DNA of 64,000 nt from Rickettsiales bacterium. GTDB taxonomy: Bacteria; Pseudomonadota; Alphaproteobacteria; Rickettsiales; JABCZZ01. The notes under the pieces are model-generated. The model saw only the letters and a list, made by a program, of their open reading frames with translations, did not search any database and had not been told where the DNA came from. Shown in pieces: positions 38,067 through 48,444 of the stretch (position 1 is its first letter; each line of letters begins with the position of its first letter). The position numbers and the translations under genes are program-made. Where the stretch lies: the NCBI GenBank assembly GCA_035765535.1, contig DASTXE010000004.1, positions 189,137 through 253,136 of the forward strand. Reading direction: 5' to 3'.

Positions 38067-38912
38067 CTACATATACCCGGCTTCGCGCAGGCGCTCGAAG
38101 CTCGATTCATCTTCATCGGCGCCCATCGGGCGGCCGGAACGCTCCGGTACTTTGGTCGTGCGTAATTCTTCAATGATCTCATCGATCGTAGCGGCCGTGC
38201 TTTCGACCGGGAAAGTAATTCCCTTTTCACCCAGCGAACGGAAGCGCATCATCTTGCCGCCGAAATCCTTGCCGAAGCAATCATGCCACGGGCGTGCATA
38301 GTAAAGCGGAACGATGGGGATATTTTCGCGCTTGATATACTGCCAGATATCCAGCTCCGTCCAGTGCAGCAGCGGGTGGATACGTAAAGATGTGCCCGGA
38401 GCGAAATCCGTCTTGAACTGGTCCCAGAATTCCGGCGGCTGGTCTTTCACATCCCAGTTACCTTCCTGCCCGCGCGGGCTGAAATAGCGCTCCTTGGCGC
38501 GTGTGCCTTCTTCATCGCGGCGGATACCCGCGATGATGCCTGTAAACCCATTCTTCTCAATGACTTCCTTAAGGCCGAGCGTCTTGCGTGACGCCACACG
38601 AGCCGCATGCGGCAAAGTCGCATCTGTCTGTTCGATCGGCGGGCATTCATGCGAGATCAGATTGACGTCCCATTCCTTCACATAACGGTCACGAAATGCA
38701 TAGACTTCGTCCATTTCCAGCCCGGTATCGCAATGGATAAGCGGAAACGGCACGCGCCCAAAAAATGCCTTGCGCGCAAGATGGACCATCACGTTGCTGT
38801 CCTTGCCGAAGGACCACAGCATGGCGATTTTGTCTATTTTGTTGAATGCTTCACGGAAAATATAGATCGACTGGGATTCCAGGGTCGAAAGATGATCGGG
38901 CGTGTTTTCCAT
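38067..38912 (-). CDS. cysD: sulfate adenylyltransferase subunit 2
   Basis: 281 aa with the PP-loop-like SFGKDS. CysD-type sequence continues through ...RFRSLGE. Confidence 0.9.
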   Translation of the reverse strand: MENTPDHLSTLESQSIYIFREAFNKIDKIAMLWSFGKDSNVMVHLARKAFFGRVPFPLIHCDTGLEMDEVYAFRDRYVKEWDVNLISHECPPIEQTDATLPHAARVASRKTLGLKEVIEKNGFTGIIAGIRRDEEGTRAKERYFSPRGQEGNWDVKDQPPEFWDQFKTDFAPGTSLRIHPLLHWTELDIWQYIKRENIPIVPLYYARPWHDCFGKDFGGKMMRFRSLGEKGITFPVESTAATIDEIIEELRTTKVPERSGRPMGADEDESSFERLREAGYM

Positions 38913-38999
38913 GGGAGTGCCTCAAATTGTCAGGTTTCGGCTGCCAGGCTCACAAGGTACGCTGACACCCGATCCCTGACAACAGAAAGCCGTATGCGT

Positions 39000-39392
39000 T
39001 TAGTCTTCTACGTCGATATTGTCGCCTTCAAACGACAGTCCCGACTTGCCCTGTACGGCAACGGTAAGATGCTCTTCAGCGTCATCTTCCACTGCGCCGC
39101 CTTCTTCAGCAAGCATTTCCTGAACTTCTTCGCTGCTCTTGCTCGGGCGGGACATGTATTCGACCACCTGCTTTTTGCGGAAAGACTGGATGATGTCCTC
39201 GCTAACCTGTTCCAGGTCGATTGTCTTATCACCAATTTCGCGCAGTGAAATCACCGCGTCTTTATCGTTATCACGGTCAACGGTCAGCGCCGAACCGGAA
39301 GCAATCTGCTTCGCGCGATGCGCGGCAATCACCACGAGTTCAAAACGGTTGGGAACGTGCATGATGCAATCTTCTACGGTAACGCGTGCCAT
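39000..39392 (-). CDS. rpoZ: DNA-directed RNA polymerase subunit omega
   Basis: 130 aa with N-terminus [30 protein letters not shown]. Confidence 0.92.
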   Translation of the reverse strand: MARVTVEDCIMHVPNRFELVVIAAHRAKQIASGSALTVDRDNDKDAVISLREIGDKTIDLEQVSEDIIQSFRKKQVVEYMSRPSKSSEEVQEMLAEEGGAVEDDAEEHLTVAVQGKSGLSFEGDNIDVED

Positions 39393-39459
39393 TGAATACT
39401 CCTAAAAAACCTAGTGTCCGGGGGCGGGATTATAGGCATTGCTTAAAAATTTGCAACCT

Positions 39460-40701
39460 TTAATCTGCCGAAACCACTGTGGCCCGCAGTTTAGGATAGA
39501 TAACCGCCGTCACCGCAACAACAATCAGTGTCCCTATGCCTCCAAGCACAATGGAAGGGGTAAGCCCCAGGAAATGTGCCGCCAAGCCGGATTCAAACGC
39601 ACCTATCTCATTGGAAGATATGATGAACATTGTGCTGACAGCGGAAACCCGCCCGCGCATGCCCTCAGGTGTCAGCCACTGCACCAGCGTATGGCGGATC
39701 AGCATGCTCACACTATCGAACGCGCCGCTAGCTGCCAGACAGAGCATCGATACCCAGAACCACTGACTGAAGCCAAATACGATAATCGAAACTCCAAATC
39801 CGGCGACAGCTGCAAGCAATAATGCACCGCGCATGACTTTCAGCGGCTTGACGGCGAACCACAGCGTCACCGCCACCGCCCCCATTGCAGGAGCGGCGCG
39901 CAAAAGTCCCAGCCCTTGCGAGCCCACATGCAACACCTGATCCGCCACTGCAGGCAGCATGGAAACCGCCCCGCCGAACAGCACCGCAAACATATCCAGC
40001 GCCATCACGCATAACAGCAGGTGGTTGGTTATCAGGAAACGTGCTCCTTCGCGTATGCTGACAAAACTGGGCTCACGCTTTTCCTGCCCTCGGAACTCGC
40101 GATGCTCCTGACTGATGCCGAATAAAATAACCAGCTCCACGCACATGAGCGAAACGGGCATGAGCCATGCGACAGGAGGCCCATAGCCGCCATAAATGAT
40201 CCCGGCAATCGCAGGGCCGGCGATGATCCCCGTCTGGAATGCACTGGTAAGCCAGGCGGACGCGGAAGGTATCTGCTGGCGCGGTACGATCCTGGGCTGC
40301 AATGCGAAGCTGGACGGACTCAGGAAACTGCGTGCAATACCGGAAAAGAATACGCCCGCGAATATGCAGACAACACGGACATCATCCGGCAGGGCAATCA
40401 TTCCGCTTGCTACCAGATAGAGAAAACACATATTGCAGACCAGCGCGGCGATACAGGCCAGAAATATGCGATAGGGACGGCTGATATCCACGATATGCCC
40501 GGCAATCAGCGAACAGCTGATCGCAGGCACAGCCTCTGCCAGGCCGACAAGGCCGAGCTTGAACGTGCTATGCGTCAGTGAGTAAATCTGCCAGCCGACA
40601 ATTACGGCCTGCGCCTGCAGCGCCATGGTGCCGAACAGGCGCGTCGCGCACAGAATCCTGAAATCGCGGTTTTTAAGTACTTCGAATGAATAGGAGGCCA
40701 T
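39460..40701 (-). CDS. MFS transporter
   Basis: 413 aa with ~12 hydrophobic helices and an MFS_3-like N-terminus (LKNRDFRILCATRLFGTMALQAQ). Confidence 0.8.
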   Translation of the reverse strand: MASYSFEVLKNRDFRILCATRLFGTMALQAQAVIVGWQIYSLTHSTFKLGLVGLAEAVPAISCSLIAGHIVDISRPYRIFLACIAALVCNMCFLYLVASGMIALPDDVRVVCIFAGVFFSGIARSFLSPSSFALQPRIVPRQQIPSASAWLTSAFQTGIIAGPAIAGIIYGGYGPPVAWLMPVSLMCVELVILFGISQEHREFRGQEKREPSFVSIREGARFLITNHLLLCVMALDMFAVLFGGAVSMLPAVADQVLHVGSQGLGLLRAAPAMGAVAVTLWFAVKPLKVMRGALLLAAVAGFGVSIIVFGFSQWFWVSMLCLAASGAFDSVSMLIRHTLVQWLTPEGMRGRVSAVSTMFIISSNEIGAFESGLAAHFLGLTPSIVLGGIGTLIVVAVTAVIYPKLRATVVSAD

Positions 40702-40845
40702 AGGATGTGCATAGTCGGGTTAGGCGGACTTTGCAACTACAGAGCAATATCGGCATTGGCATAATAACCGTTAAGATTTTTTGCTTGCACCGGATTAGTA
40801 CATCCATAATCATACAGAAATAACATTGCATCTAAAGAATATTTA

Positions 40846-41172
40846 ATGTCAGAGCCCCCCCTTGATCCCGCTGATGCAGGCCAAATGCTTTATGATCTGG
40901 CGCTCGCTATTTATACAGACGAGAGAAACTATAATCCCCTGTATACCCGCGAAAGCCGTCTCGCTATGCTGGCAGACCTGATAGAAATAACGCCATATTC
41001 AGAATTGCAACGCACCCGAAGAGCCATTCCGCTCTATGATACGGTAAAAAACACTCTCGAATATCTGGGACAGGAAACAGAAGATCCTCAAGAGTTACAA
41101 ACACTGGCATCGCTGCACGCTCTCTTGGGGGCGAAACGCATCGGCTCCAGCAATCCGACGCGAAGCCGCTAA
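40846..41172 (+). CDS. hypothetical protein
   Basis: 108-aa ORF with no motif. Confidence 0.3.
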   Translation: MSEPPLDPADAGQMLYDLALAIYTDERNYNPLYTRESRLAMLADLIEITPYSELQRTRRAIPLYDTVKNTLEYLGQETEDPQELQTLASLHALLGAKRIGSSNPTRSR

Positions 41173-41269
41173 ACCCGCAGAATTTCGCCGCACTGCACAA
41201 TGTTTTTTGCTTGCGAAAAGACCCTATCCTTTATAGGTCTAAAAGGGTAAGTAGCATCATCATAAGCAC

Positions 41270-42427
41270 ATGTCGATTTTCCTAAGCACCATTGCCTTCA
41301 TCCTCGCACTGGTACATTATTATTGCTACGACCGCCTGTGTTTTTATTTCGACCTGAACGGCGCCGCGCGCATAGTAGCAGCCGGCATCGCAACGCTCCT
41401 GTGGTTCTTCAGCTTCACTTCGCTGCCGCTGATGTGGGCGTTGCCGTTGAAACAGGAAAAGCGCGTAGCATGGATCGTGTTTCCATGGCTGGGGATATTA
41501 TTACTGTTGTTCACGACACTGCTCGCAGGCGACGTGCTCACGGGCACACTCTTTTTGTCGGTGGGATGGCGGGAGCCTCCGGATGCATGGCAGGCCACCA
41601 AAGAGATGACCGGCGTTGCCATCGTAGCTGTTGCGGGAACATTGTCGCTCATCGCTTTATACAAGGGATTGCGCCCCGTTCCGGTAAAGCGCGTCGATGT
41701 GACGCTGCGTCGTCTTCCGGAGGCATTCGATGGTTTTCATATCGTCCAGTTAACCGACCTGCATATCGGCCCGATGATCGGCGGCCGCTGGCTTGCGCGT
41801 GTTGTGGAACAGACCAACGCCCTCAAGCCTGATCTCATCGCTATCACCGGCGACCTGGTGGACGGCAGCGTGGACGATCTCGCCGAAGCTGCAAGTGCGC
41901 TCAAAGATCTGCGTGCGAAACACGGCGTTTATTTTGTCACCGGCAATCATGAACATTATTCCGGCGCCGCCGCATGGACGGCGTATCTGCAATCGCTCGG
42001 CATCCGCGTGCTGACGAATGAGCGTGTTACGCTTACTAAAAATAGCGCGGCACTCGATCTTGCAGGAGTTGAGGATTTTGACAGTCACCGCTTCCCCGGT
42101 CACGGCCCGGATCTGGGCACTGCGCTGGAAGGACGCGACCCCGAAACTCCGGTCGTCCTGCTTGCGCATCAGCCCGCCGCCGTGGCAGAAGCCGCAGAAA
42201 TGGGCGTAGACTTGCAGCTTGCCGGTCATACGCATGGGGGCCAGATCCGTCCGTTCGATCTTGCCGTCAAATTACGCCAGCCTTATGTGAAAGGTCTGCA
42301 CCATATTACAGGCAGTAATACGAAAATCTATATCAGTAGCGGCACGGGCTATTGGGGCCCGCCGATGCGGCTTGGCACCACATCTGAAATCACTTCGCTG
42401 CGCCTGCTCAAAGAAGTGCAGAACTAG
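41270..42427 (+). CDS. membrane-anchored metallophosphoesterase (YkuE-like)
   Basis: 385 aa with N-terminal TM helices, then DLHIGP, GDLVDG, GNHE and GHTHGGQ. Confidence 0.85.
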   Translation: MSIFLSTIAFILALVHYYCYDRLCFYFDLNGAARIVAAGIATLLWFFSFTSLPLMWALPLKQEKRVAWIVFPWLGILLLLFTTLLAGDVLTGTLFLSVGWREPPDAWQATKEMTGVAIVAVAGTLSLIALYKGLRPVPVKRVDVTLRRLPEAFDGFHIVQLTDLHIGPMIGGRWLARVVEQTNALKPDLIAITGDLVDGSVDDLAEAASALKDLRAKHGVYFVTGNHEHYSGAAAWTAYLQSLGIRVLTNERVTLTKNSAALDLAGVEDFDSHRFPGHGPDLGTALEGRDPETPVVLLAHQPAAVAEAAEMGVDLQLAGHTHGGQIRPFDLAVKLRQPYVKGLHHITGSNTKIYISSGTGYWGPPMRLGTTSEITSLRLLKEVQN

Positions 42428-43296
42428 AACCTGACGGAAATCCCCGTATACGGATTCAGATCCGGTGAAGCCCTGTTAAGGCCGATATACATCCCGATAT
42501 CCAGCTGCAGATTTGGTGTTACGAGCCACTGCAGCGAAGGGTCAAGCGTATATTGATTGGGGATATCATGCTCACCGGAATGGTCTGCATAAAACTCCAG
42601 CGCGGCAATGACTTCTTTAGTAAAGACCGGACGGTTCAGATTGACTGCGAAATTATAATCACCGTGGCTGTTGCTGTCGCTCCTATTCGCAAATACACCG
42701 AACCCCGGCTCCAGCGTAACCGACCAGGTTTCATCCAATGTCAGGGTATACGGGATATTCAGCGTATATTCTGCCACGCCATTGCCAATCCCACTGGCCG
42801 CTGTGGGCAACTTGACGAACGGCAGCACGGCAAGCGCCTGCTTGCCTCCGTCATTGCCGAACAGATTGATCTTACTGCCCAGCCATATATCGCCGAACCC
42901 TCGTGAAGTCTGCGTCGTATTCGCTGCAAGATCCTTATCATGCACGATGTTCAATGGCATAAACAATGCTTCCACATCCACATCGTGGCTGACACCCGCC
43001 TTGACAAGCGGCGCCATGAAACTGGTGGCATGGATAAAATGACCGTCTGTCCTGTAGCGGTCATACGTATGGTTGATAAAATCCGCTTCGATCTGAAAAT
43101 GCCCCGCATCCACTGTGTTGGAACTATGGGTTTTGCCAGGGCGGTCGGTGCTGAAATCACGCATCTGGTCGTCAGGCACCGGGTTAAGCAGCCAGTAGGA
43201 TGAAGTGCTGGAATCAGCCCAGCCGCTAGCGCAGAAGCCGCTCAGCAATAATGCGGCCACTCCGCCCTTCAGAATATCCCTGCTTGCTCGCCGCAT
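42424..43296 (-). CDS. outer-membrane beta-barrel protein (MetA-pathway/transporter-like OMP)
   Basis: Start set at the internal ATG that gives the signal peptide MRRASRDILKGGVAALLLSGFCASGWA. Beta-strand-rich, with a C-terminal ...GISVRF. Confidence 0.65.
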   Translation of the reverse strand: MRRASRDILKGGVAALLLSGFCASGWADSSTSSYWLLNPVPDDQMRDFSTDRPGKTHSSNTVDAGHFQIEADFINHTYDRYRTDGHFIHATSFMAPLVKAGVSHDVDVEALFMPLNIVHDKDLAANTTQTSRGFGDIWLGSKINLFGNDGGKQALAVLPFVKLPTAASGIGNGVAEYTLNIPYTLTLDETWSVTLEPGFGVFANRSDSNSHGDYNFAVNLNRPVFTKEVIAALEFYADHSGEHDIPNQYTLDPSLQWLVTPNLQLDIGMYIGLNRASPDLNPYTGISVRF

Positions 43297-43365
43297 ATAA
43301 GCCCCCTCATGTGACGGCGGCAAAATACTATAGCAGCAGGCAGGTGACAAGATTTAAGAGACTGT

Positions 43366-44208
43366 TCAAAAGCCGTCGGCATTGAACATCAGCATGCAGG
43401 TGATGCCAGGCACTGTAACCGTGTATTTTGCTGTGCTGACAACAGTAGTCGTCGTGCATGAATTGCCGTAAGCTCCGCCGGTTGGCGTTGTCGTGACCGT
43501 TCCGGTAGCAGGTAGCCCATTATCGAGCTTGCTGTCGATCCTCTGCGCATCCAATGCGGAAAGCGCGGGATAGAATGCAAGCCCCATCCAGTTGCTGTTC
43601 GTGCCGGAGTCCTGTGCGCCGTAAAAGAAGGTATGTGCGCAATGCCCGTTTGCGAAATATTCATTGCCGAGACTGCCTGTCAGGCAATGATAGAAAATCG
43701 AAAACCCGGCATTGGCACGTACTTTGGAGACAGGGATATTTAAACCTACCACTTCATAAGAACCACCGGTAGGAGCAGTGATCGGCGTATAAGTCCCCTC
43801 GATCAATCCGGCATTGGCCAGTTGCTGCCAGGCCATCACCCCCTCCGTGCACAGAAACGACCAGTAATCAGCGCCGCCGCAAATATATCCGTTACCATCA
43901 CCATTGCAGGTGAGCGGGCTGCTTGCACTGCCGCTTCCCTGACAACTGGCGACATAATTATCCGCCGCACTGCCTGCTGCAGCTCCCCAATACTGGGTTG
44001 CATTGCTCATATCGCCGGGTAATGCATTATACTTAGTGCGAAATGTGTTGAACGCCACAGAGTATTTAGTTTTCTGCGTGATGATAGTATTGAGTTCCGC
44101 CGTGCGGATAAGATCGCTTCCCGCCAATATACCGCCCACCACCAGGCCGATGATCACCAGCACGATCGACAGTTCAATTAGCGTAAATCCGGCATGTTTG
44201 TGGCTCAT
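43366..44208 (-). CDS. prepilin-type (type IV pilin / pseudopilin-like) protein, 280 aa
   Basis: Class III signal MSHKHAG/FTLIELSIVLVIIGLVVGGIL. It shares TFRxKYxxLPGD, GDGNG and IDSKxDxGxP with the paralogue at 46728-47627. Confidence 0.8.
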   Translation of the reverse strand: MSHKHAGFTLIELSIVLVIIGLVVGGILAGSDLIRTAELNTIITQKTKYSVAFNTFRTKYNALPGDMSNATQYWGAAAGSAADNYVASCQGSGSASSPLTCNGDGNGYICGGADYWSFLCTEGVMAWQQLANAGLIEGTYTPITAPTGGSYEVVGLNIPVSKVRANAGFSIFYHCLTGSLGNEYFANGHCAHTFFYGAQDSGTNSNWMGLAFYPALSALDAQRIDSKLDNGLPATGTVTTTPTGGAYGNSCTTTTVVSTAKYTVTVPGITCMLMFNADGF

Positions 44209-44280
44209 CTCCCTATGATACCGACTTTAGATGCCGTTAAGCAACCGCTATCGCCACAGCAGCCACAACCCGCTGTAACA

Positions 44281-44724
44281 TTAAGATAAAGCGAGAAGAT
44301 CCTGCCGCAATTTATCCGCCTCGCCTTGCGGCAGCAGATTCTCCATCTCTGCATGGGTGCGCTGCCACACGGGAAAAGCCTGGGCAAGAAGCTCGCTGCC
44401 TGCCGGAGTCAGGCTCAGCAGTTTGCTGCGCTTGTCGTTCGGATCCGGAGCAATATGCACAAGCCCTCTGCGTTCAAGCGGCTTAAGCGCGGCAGTTAGC
44501 GTCGTGCGGTCCATCGCCAGCACATACGCAACGTCTTTCATTGCAGGGGGGGCAGGTCTGTTCAATGACATCAATAATGAAAACTGTCCGCTCGTGAGCC
44601 CCAGCGGACGCAAAACATCGTCAAATGTCCTTGCCAGTTTACGCGCTGCACGCTGCATATGCAGGCATAAACAATGGTCTCTGACCAGAAGCGTTATTGC
44701 GAACGGAACATTTTTATTTGACAT
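44281..44724 (-). CDS. MarR-family transcriptional regulator
   Basis: 147 aa with a winged-HTH region GLTSGQFSLLMSL...MKDVAYVLAMDRTTLTAALKPLERRGLV. Confidence 0.85.
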   Translation of the reverse strand: MSNKNVPFAITLLVRDHCLCLHMQRAARKLARTFDDVLRPLGLTSGQFSLLMSLNRPAPPAMKDVAYVLAMDRTTLTAALKPLERRGLVHIAPDPNDKRSKLLSLTPAGSELLAQAFPVWQRTHAEMENLLPQGEADKLRQDLLALS

Positions 44725-44810
44725 ATTCTAATTATGTTGATATCAACGCAATTGTCAAGCACACATTAACGACCACCCCCAATAAATCAGAATAAATACG
44801 GAGCAAGCTT

Positions 44811-45305
44811 ATGAAGCCCAAAAACACCGTCTGCCTGTGGTTCGATCACGACGCGCACGAAGCAGCTAAATTCTACGCCGCTACTTTTCCGGACAGCAAA
44901 GTAACGGCAACTCACAAAGCCCCCGGCGACTATCCGAACGGCAAGGAAGGAAATATACTGACGGTCGAGTTTACGGTTTTGGGTATTCCCTGCCTCGGCA
45001 TTAACGGTGGCCCCATGTTCAGGCACAGCGAAGCATTCTCCTTCCAGATTGCAACGGACAATCAGGAAGAGACAGATCGCTACTGGGATGCTATCATCCG
45101 CAATGGCGGAGAAGAAAGCGAGTGCGGCTGGTGCAAAGACCGCTGGGGCCTCTCCTGGCAAATCACTCCGCGAGCACTGACCGATGCGATTGCTGCCGGC
45201 GGCGATGAAGCAAAGCGCGCCTTTGCAGCAATGATGACAATGAAGAAGATTGATATCGCCACTATTGAGGCAGCACGGTACGGCAAAAACCGAGCGGCAC
45301 GTTAA
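44811..45305 (+). CDS. VOC-superfamily protein (PhnB / 3-demethylubiquinone-9 3-methyltransferase-domain type)
   Basis: 164 aa with CLWFDHDAHEAAKFYAATFPDS ... CGWCKDRWGLSWQI. Confidence 0.75.
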   Translation: MKPKNTVCLWFDHDAHEAAKFYAATFPDSKVTATHKAPGDYPNGKEGNILTVEFTVLGIPCLGINGGPMFRHSEAFSFQIATDNQEETDRYWDAIIRNGGEESECGWCKDRWGLSWQITPRALTDAIAAGGDEAKRAFAAMMTMKKIDIATIEAARYGKNRAAR

Positions 45306-45331
45306 CCTCTTTTTATCGGAAGGAAAATCAT

Positions 45332-46111
45332 ATGACCAACTTGCACGGAGCCTTTGTCTGGTACGACATCATGACCAGCGACGCTGAAGCCGCCAGGGTT
45401 TTCTACAGCCAAGTCATCGGCTGGAAAATGGAGCCCTCCCAAAAGACGGATCTGGATTACACCATCCTCTTTAACGGCAAGGACCGTATAGGCGGCCTCA
45501 TGCCGTTGCCGGAAGAACTGAAGACAAAAAACGTGCCGCCGCACTGGCAGGGCTATATCGCCGTTGACGATGTGGACGCTTACGTAAAACGTATCAAGGA
45601 AGCCGGCGGCTCCGTTTGCAAGGAACCGTGGGATATTCCGAACCTGGGCCGCTTTGCCGCCGTTGCCGACCCGCATGGCGCAACATTCATCATCACGCAC
45701 GGCACTGGTGACGAGACTCCGGTCTGCGTGCCGTCTGCTCCAGCAACCCCGGGCTATGTCGGCTGGAACGAGCTGCATGCAGGCGAAGGCGCTGCCGCAT
45801 TCGCGTTCTACGAAAAACTGTTCGGCTGGACGAAGGAGCGTGCGCTCGATATGGATGAGATGGGTGTGTACCAGACCTTCAAGACCAATGGAGTGCAGGG
45901 TGGCGGCATGATGACCAAGCAGCCGCAATGCCCCCGTCCCTTCTGGCTGTTCTATTTCAATGTTGACGGCATCGATGACGCCATTGCCCGCGCGGAAAAG
46001 AATGGCGGCAAACTGCTCATGGGCCCGCATCAGGTGCCGACCGGCCAGTGGGTAGCACAATTTTTCGATCCGCAGGGCGCCATGTTCGCCATGCTTTCCG
46101 ACAAACGCTAA
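45332..46111 (+). CDS. two-domain glyoxalase/VOC-family protein
   Basis: 259 aa. [24 protein letters not shown] and, in the second half, [21 protein letters not shown]. Preferred over the 298-aa antisense ORF. Confidence 0.7.
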   Translation: MTNLHGAFVWYDIMTSDAEAARVFYSQVIGWKMEPSQKTDLDYTILFNGKDRIGGLMPLPEELKTKNVPPHWQGYIAVDDVDAYVKRIKEAGGSVCKEPWDIPNLGRFAAVADPHGATFIITHGTGDETPVCVPSAPATPGYVGWNELHAGEGAAAFAFYEKLFGWTKERALDMDEMGVYQTFKTNGVQGGGMMTKQPQCPRPFWLFYFNVDGIDDAIARAEKNGGKLLMGPHQVPTGQWVAQFFDPQGAMFAMLSDKR

Positions 46112-46142
46112 TATTTTACTTAACCAAGAAAGAGAGGATTTT

Positions 46143-46616
46143 ATGAATAAGATATCACCATTCCTGTGGTTCGACACACAGGCAGAAGAAGCGGCCAAAT
46201 TCTATACGTCGGTCTTCAAGAATGCCAAAATCACCAAAACCACCTATTATCCGAAATCGATCCAGCCGGAGACAAACTATACACCCGGCAAGGTGATGAC
46301 TGTCTGCTTTGAAATCAACGGCCAGGAATTTGTAGCGCTCAATGGCGGCCCGAATTTCTCTTTCACGCCCGCCATCTCGCTCGTCGTCTATTGCGATACG
46401 CAGGCCGAACTGGATCAGCTCTGGGAAAAACTCTCCGAAGGCGGCGACCAGTCCGCACAGCAATGCGGCTGGCTCAAAGATAAATACGGTCTCTCATGGC
46501 AGCTGGTGCCGAGCGGCCTGTTTGAACTGCTGAGCGATCCAAAGCGTGCAGAACGCGTCATGCCGGAAGTCATGCAGATGAAGAAACTCGACATCGAAAA
46601 ACTGAAAGCTGCGTAA
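46143..46616 (+). CDS. VOC-superfamily protein (PhnB-type), paralogue of 44811-45305
   Basis: 157 aa with [22 protein letters not shown] ... [14 protein letters not shown]. Confidence 0.75.
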   Translation: MNKISPFLWFDTQAEEAAKFYTSVFKNAKITKTTYYPKSIQPETNYTPGKVMTVCFEINGQEFVALNGGPNFSFTPAISLVVYCDTQAELDQLWEKLSEGGDQSAQQCGWLKDKYGLSWQLVPSGLFELLSDPKRAERVMPEVMQMKKLDIEKLKAA

Positions 46617-46727
46617 AGTTACTTGTCGCCCGGCCGGAATACGACATCATCCGGCCGGGCCAATTACTTATATCCTTCCGAAGTCCGCTTGCAGAATCAC
46701 TCCTCCAGAGTTATGTTCTGCATTGCC

Positions 46728-47627
46728 ATGCAAGATCATGAATCCGGCTTCACGCTGATAGAACTCAGTATCGTACTTGTTATTATCGGCCTCATTGTTG
46801 GTGGCATACTGACAGGCCGCGACCTTATCGATATTGTGTTCCAGCGCGCGCAAATTTCACAGATAGAAAAATATAATACGGCAGTGCATACGTTCCGGAA
46901 TAAGTACGGCTATCTCCCGGGAGACATTCCGGGCACACCGGCAGCGCAATTCGGTTTTCAGCCGCGAGGCTCACTGGCCGGAGAGGGTGATGGCAACGGC
47001 ATCATAGAAGGTAACGGGGCCAACATGGTAGGGCAGAATAAAGGTGCAGATACCGGTGACGGCGAGCCCGCTCTCTTCTGGGTGGATCTGACCAATGCGA
47101 ACCTGATCGATCAGGCCATTACGGTCATCAATGGCTATCCCAGCGCCAACACTCCCTACGCATCTCCCGGCATAACTTCCACTACAAGCCCAACGATAAG
47201 TCAGTTTCTTCCCATTGCAAAATTAGGCAATAATAACTTTGTCTATATCTTCTCTGCAAACGGCACGAATTATTTCGGCGTTTCATCCGTTACCAACATA
47301 ACCTACGATGTCGCTTCCACTGCCAACCCCGGCATCACCGTTCAGCAGGCATATAATATTGACAGCAAGATCGATGACGGTATGCCGCAATTGGGAGGTA
47401 TTACAGCCTGCTACGTGAACTCTAATGTCACTGCAGGATTAACCTCCTGGGCGGCAGGTGGAAATGTATCGGGCGCGGGCAGCCCTAACTGCGCATCCGG
47501 CACGGGCGCTGTCAGTTATGCCGCCACGAACTGCTACGATAACAACGGTGTTGCAGGCAATAGAAAATATTCGCTGACGCAAAATGCAACGGTGCAGAAT
47601 TGCGCTTTATCTTTCAAGTTTCGGTAA
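46728..47627 (+). CDS. prepilin-type (type IV pilin / pseudopilin-like) protein, ~299 aa
   Basis: Start set at the ATG that gives MQDHESG/FTLIELSIVLVIIGLIVGGIL. The GH16 gene follows 20 nt downstream. Confidence 0.8.
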   Translation: MQDHESGFTLIELSIVLVIIGLIVGGILTGRDLIDIVFQRAQISQIEKYNTAVHTFRNKYGYLPGDIPGTPAAQFGFQPRGSLAGEGDGNGIIEGNGANMVGQNKGADTGDGEPALFWVDLTNANLIDQAITVINGYPSANTPYASPGITSTTSPTISQFLPIAKLGNNNFVYIFSANGTNYFGVSSVTNITYDVASTANPGITVQQAYNIDSKIDDGMPQLGGITACYVNSNVTAGLTSWAAGGNVSGAGSPNCASGTGAVSYAATNCYDNNGVAGNRKYSLTQNATVQNCALSFKFR

Positions 47628-47646
47628 CCCACCTTGGAGACGATCA

Positions 47647-48444
47647 ATGAAAAATAACCTGCTTCTTGTCCTGATGCTTGCATTGCTCCCCACGCTGGCA
47701 AACGCCACCCCGCCTGCTAATTACAAGCTTGTCTGGCAGGATGAATTTACGGAAAAAAACCTGGATGCCTCAAAGTGGAAGCCCGAAACCTATAAACGCG
47801 ATGCCGCACGCCTGAGCGCTAACGCTGCAACCATCGGCAATGACGGCCTGCGCATCACGACTTACACGCAAGACGGTGTTCATCATACTGGCTTCCTGAC
47901 CAGCAAAGGACTTTTTTCCACGACTTACGGCTATTTCGAATCCATGATCCGCTTTCACGGAGCAAGCGGACAGCATTGCGCTTTCTGGCTGCAATCCCCG
48001 CAGATGGGAAAAATTATCGGCAATCCGGCGGAGGGCGGCGTGGAAACCGATATTATCGAACATCGCCTCACAGATGGCCACGACAAGGATATCAGCAACC
48101 TCGCCGCATTCAACCTGCACTGGGATGGCTACGGCGCATATCACAAACATGCAGGCTCACAATGGCTGGCACCTTCGTCCTTAAACAATAGCTGGCATAC
48201 ATATGCCGTCCTGTGGACTCCCGCCGAATATATTTTCTATGTCGATGATGTCGAGCGCTGGCGCACGAATATCGCTGTCTCACATACGCCGCAAGAGTTG
48301 CGCCTGACCTGTGAAGTGAAAGGCCCGCATTCCTGGTCCGGAACCATTCCTGAAGGCGGATACGGTTCAGAGCAAACCAGCCCTTATGGCATGGATGTGC
48401 GCTGGGTCAGGATATGGCAGAAAGAGAATTCATTCTCCCATTAG
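47647..48444 (+). CDS. secreted glycoside hydrolase family 16 (beta-glucanase-like)
   Basis: Start at the ATG preceded by GGAG. Signal peptide MKNNLLLVLMLALLPTLANA; catalytic E-x-D-x-x-E motif in GGVETDIIEH. Confidence 0.8.
   Translation: MKNNLLLVLMLALLPTLANATPPANYKLVWQDEFTEKNLDASKWKPETYKRDAARLSANAATIGNDGLRITTYTQDGVHHTGFLTSKGLFSTTYGYFESMIRFHGASGQHCAFWLQSPQMGKIIGNPAEGGVETDIIEHRLTDGHDKDISNLAAFNLHWDGYGAYHKHAGSQWLAPSSLNNSWHTYAVLWTPAEYIFYVDDVERWRTNIAVSHTPQELRLTCEVKGPHSWSGTIPEGGYGSEQTSPYGMDVRWVRIWQKENSFSH

Noticed and set aside
45302-46198. 298-aa - strand ORF competing with the 259-aa VOC gene
   Set aside because: The + strand translation shows two glyoxalase-type half-domains and fits the flanking + strand VOC genes. 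The - strand product has no motif.
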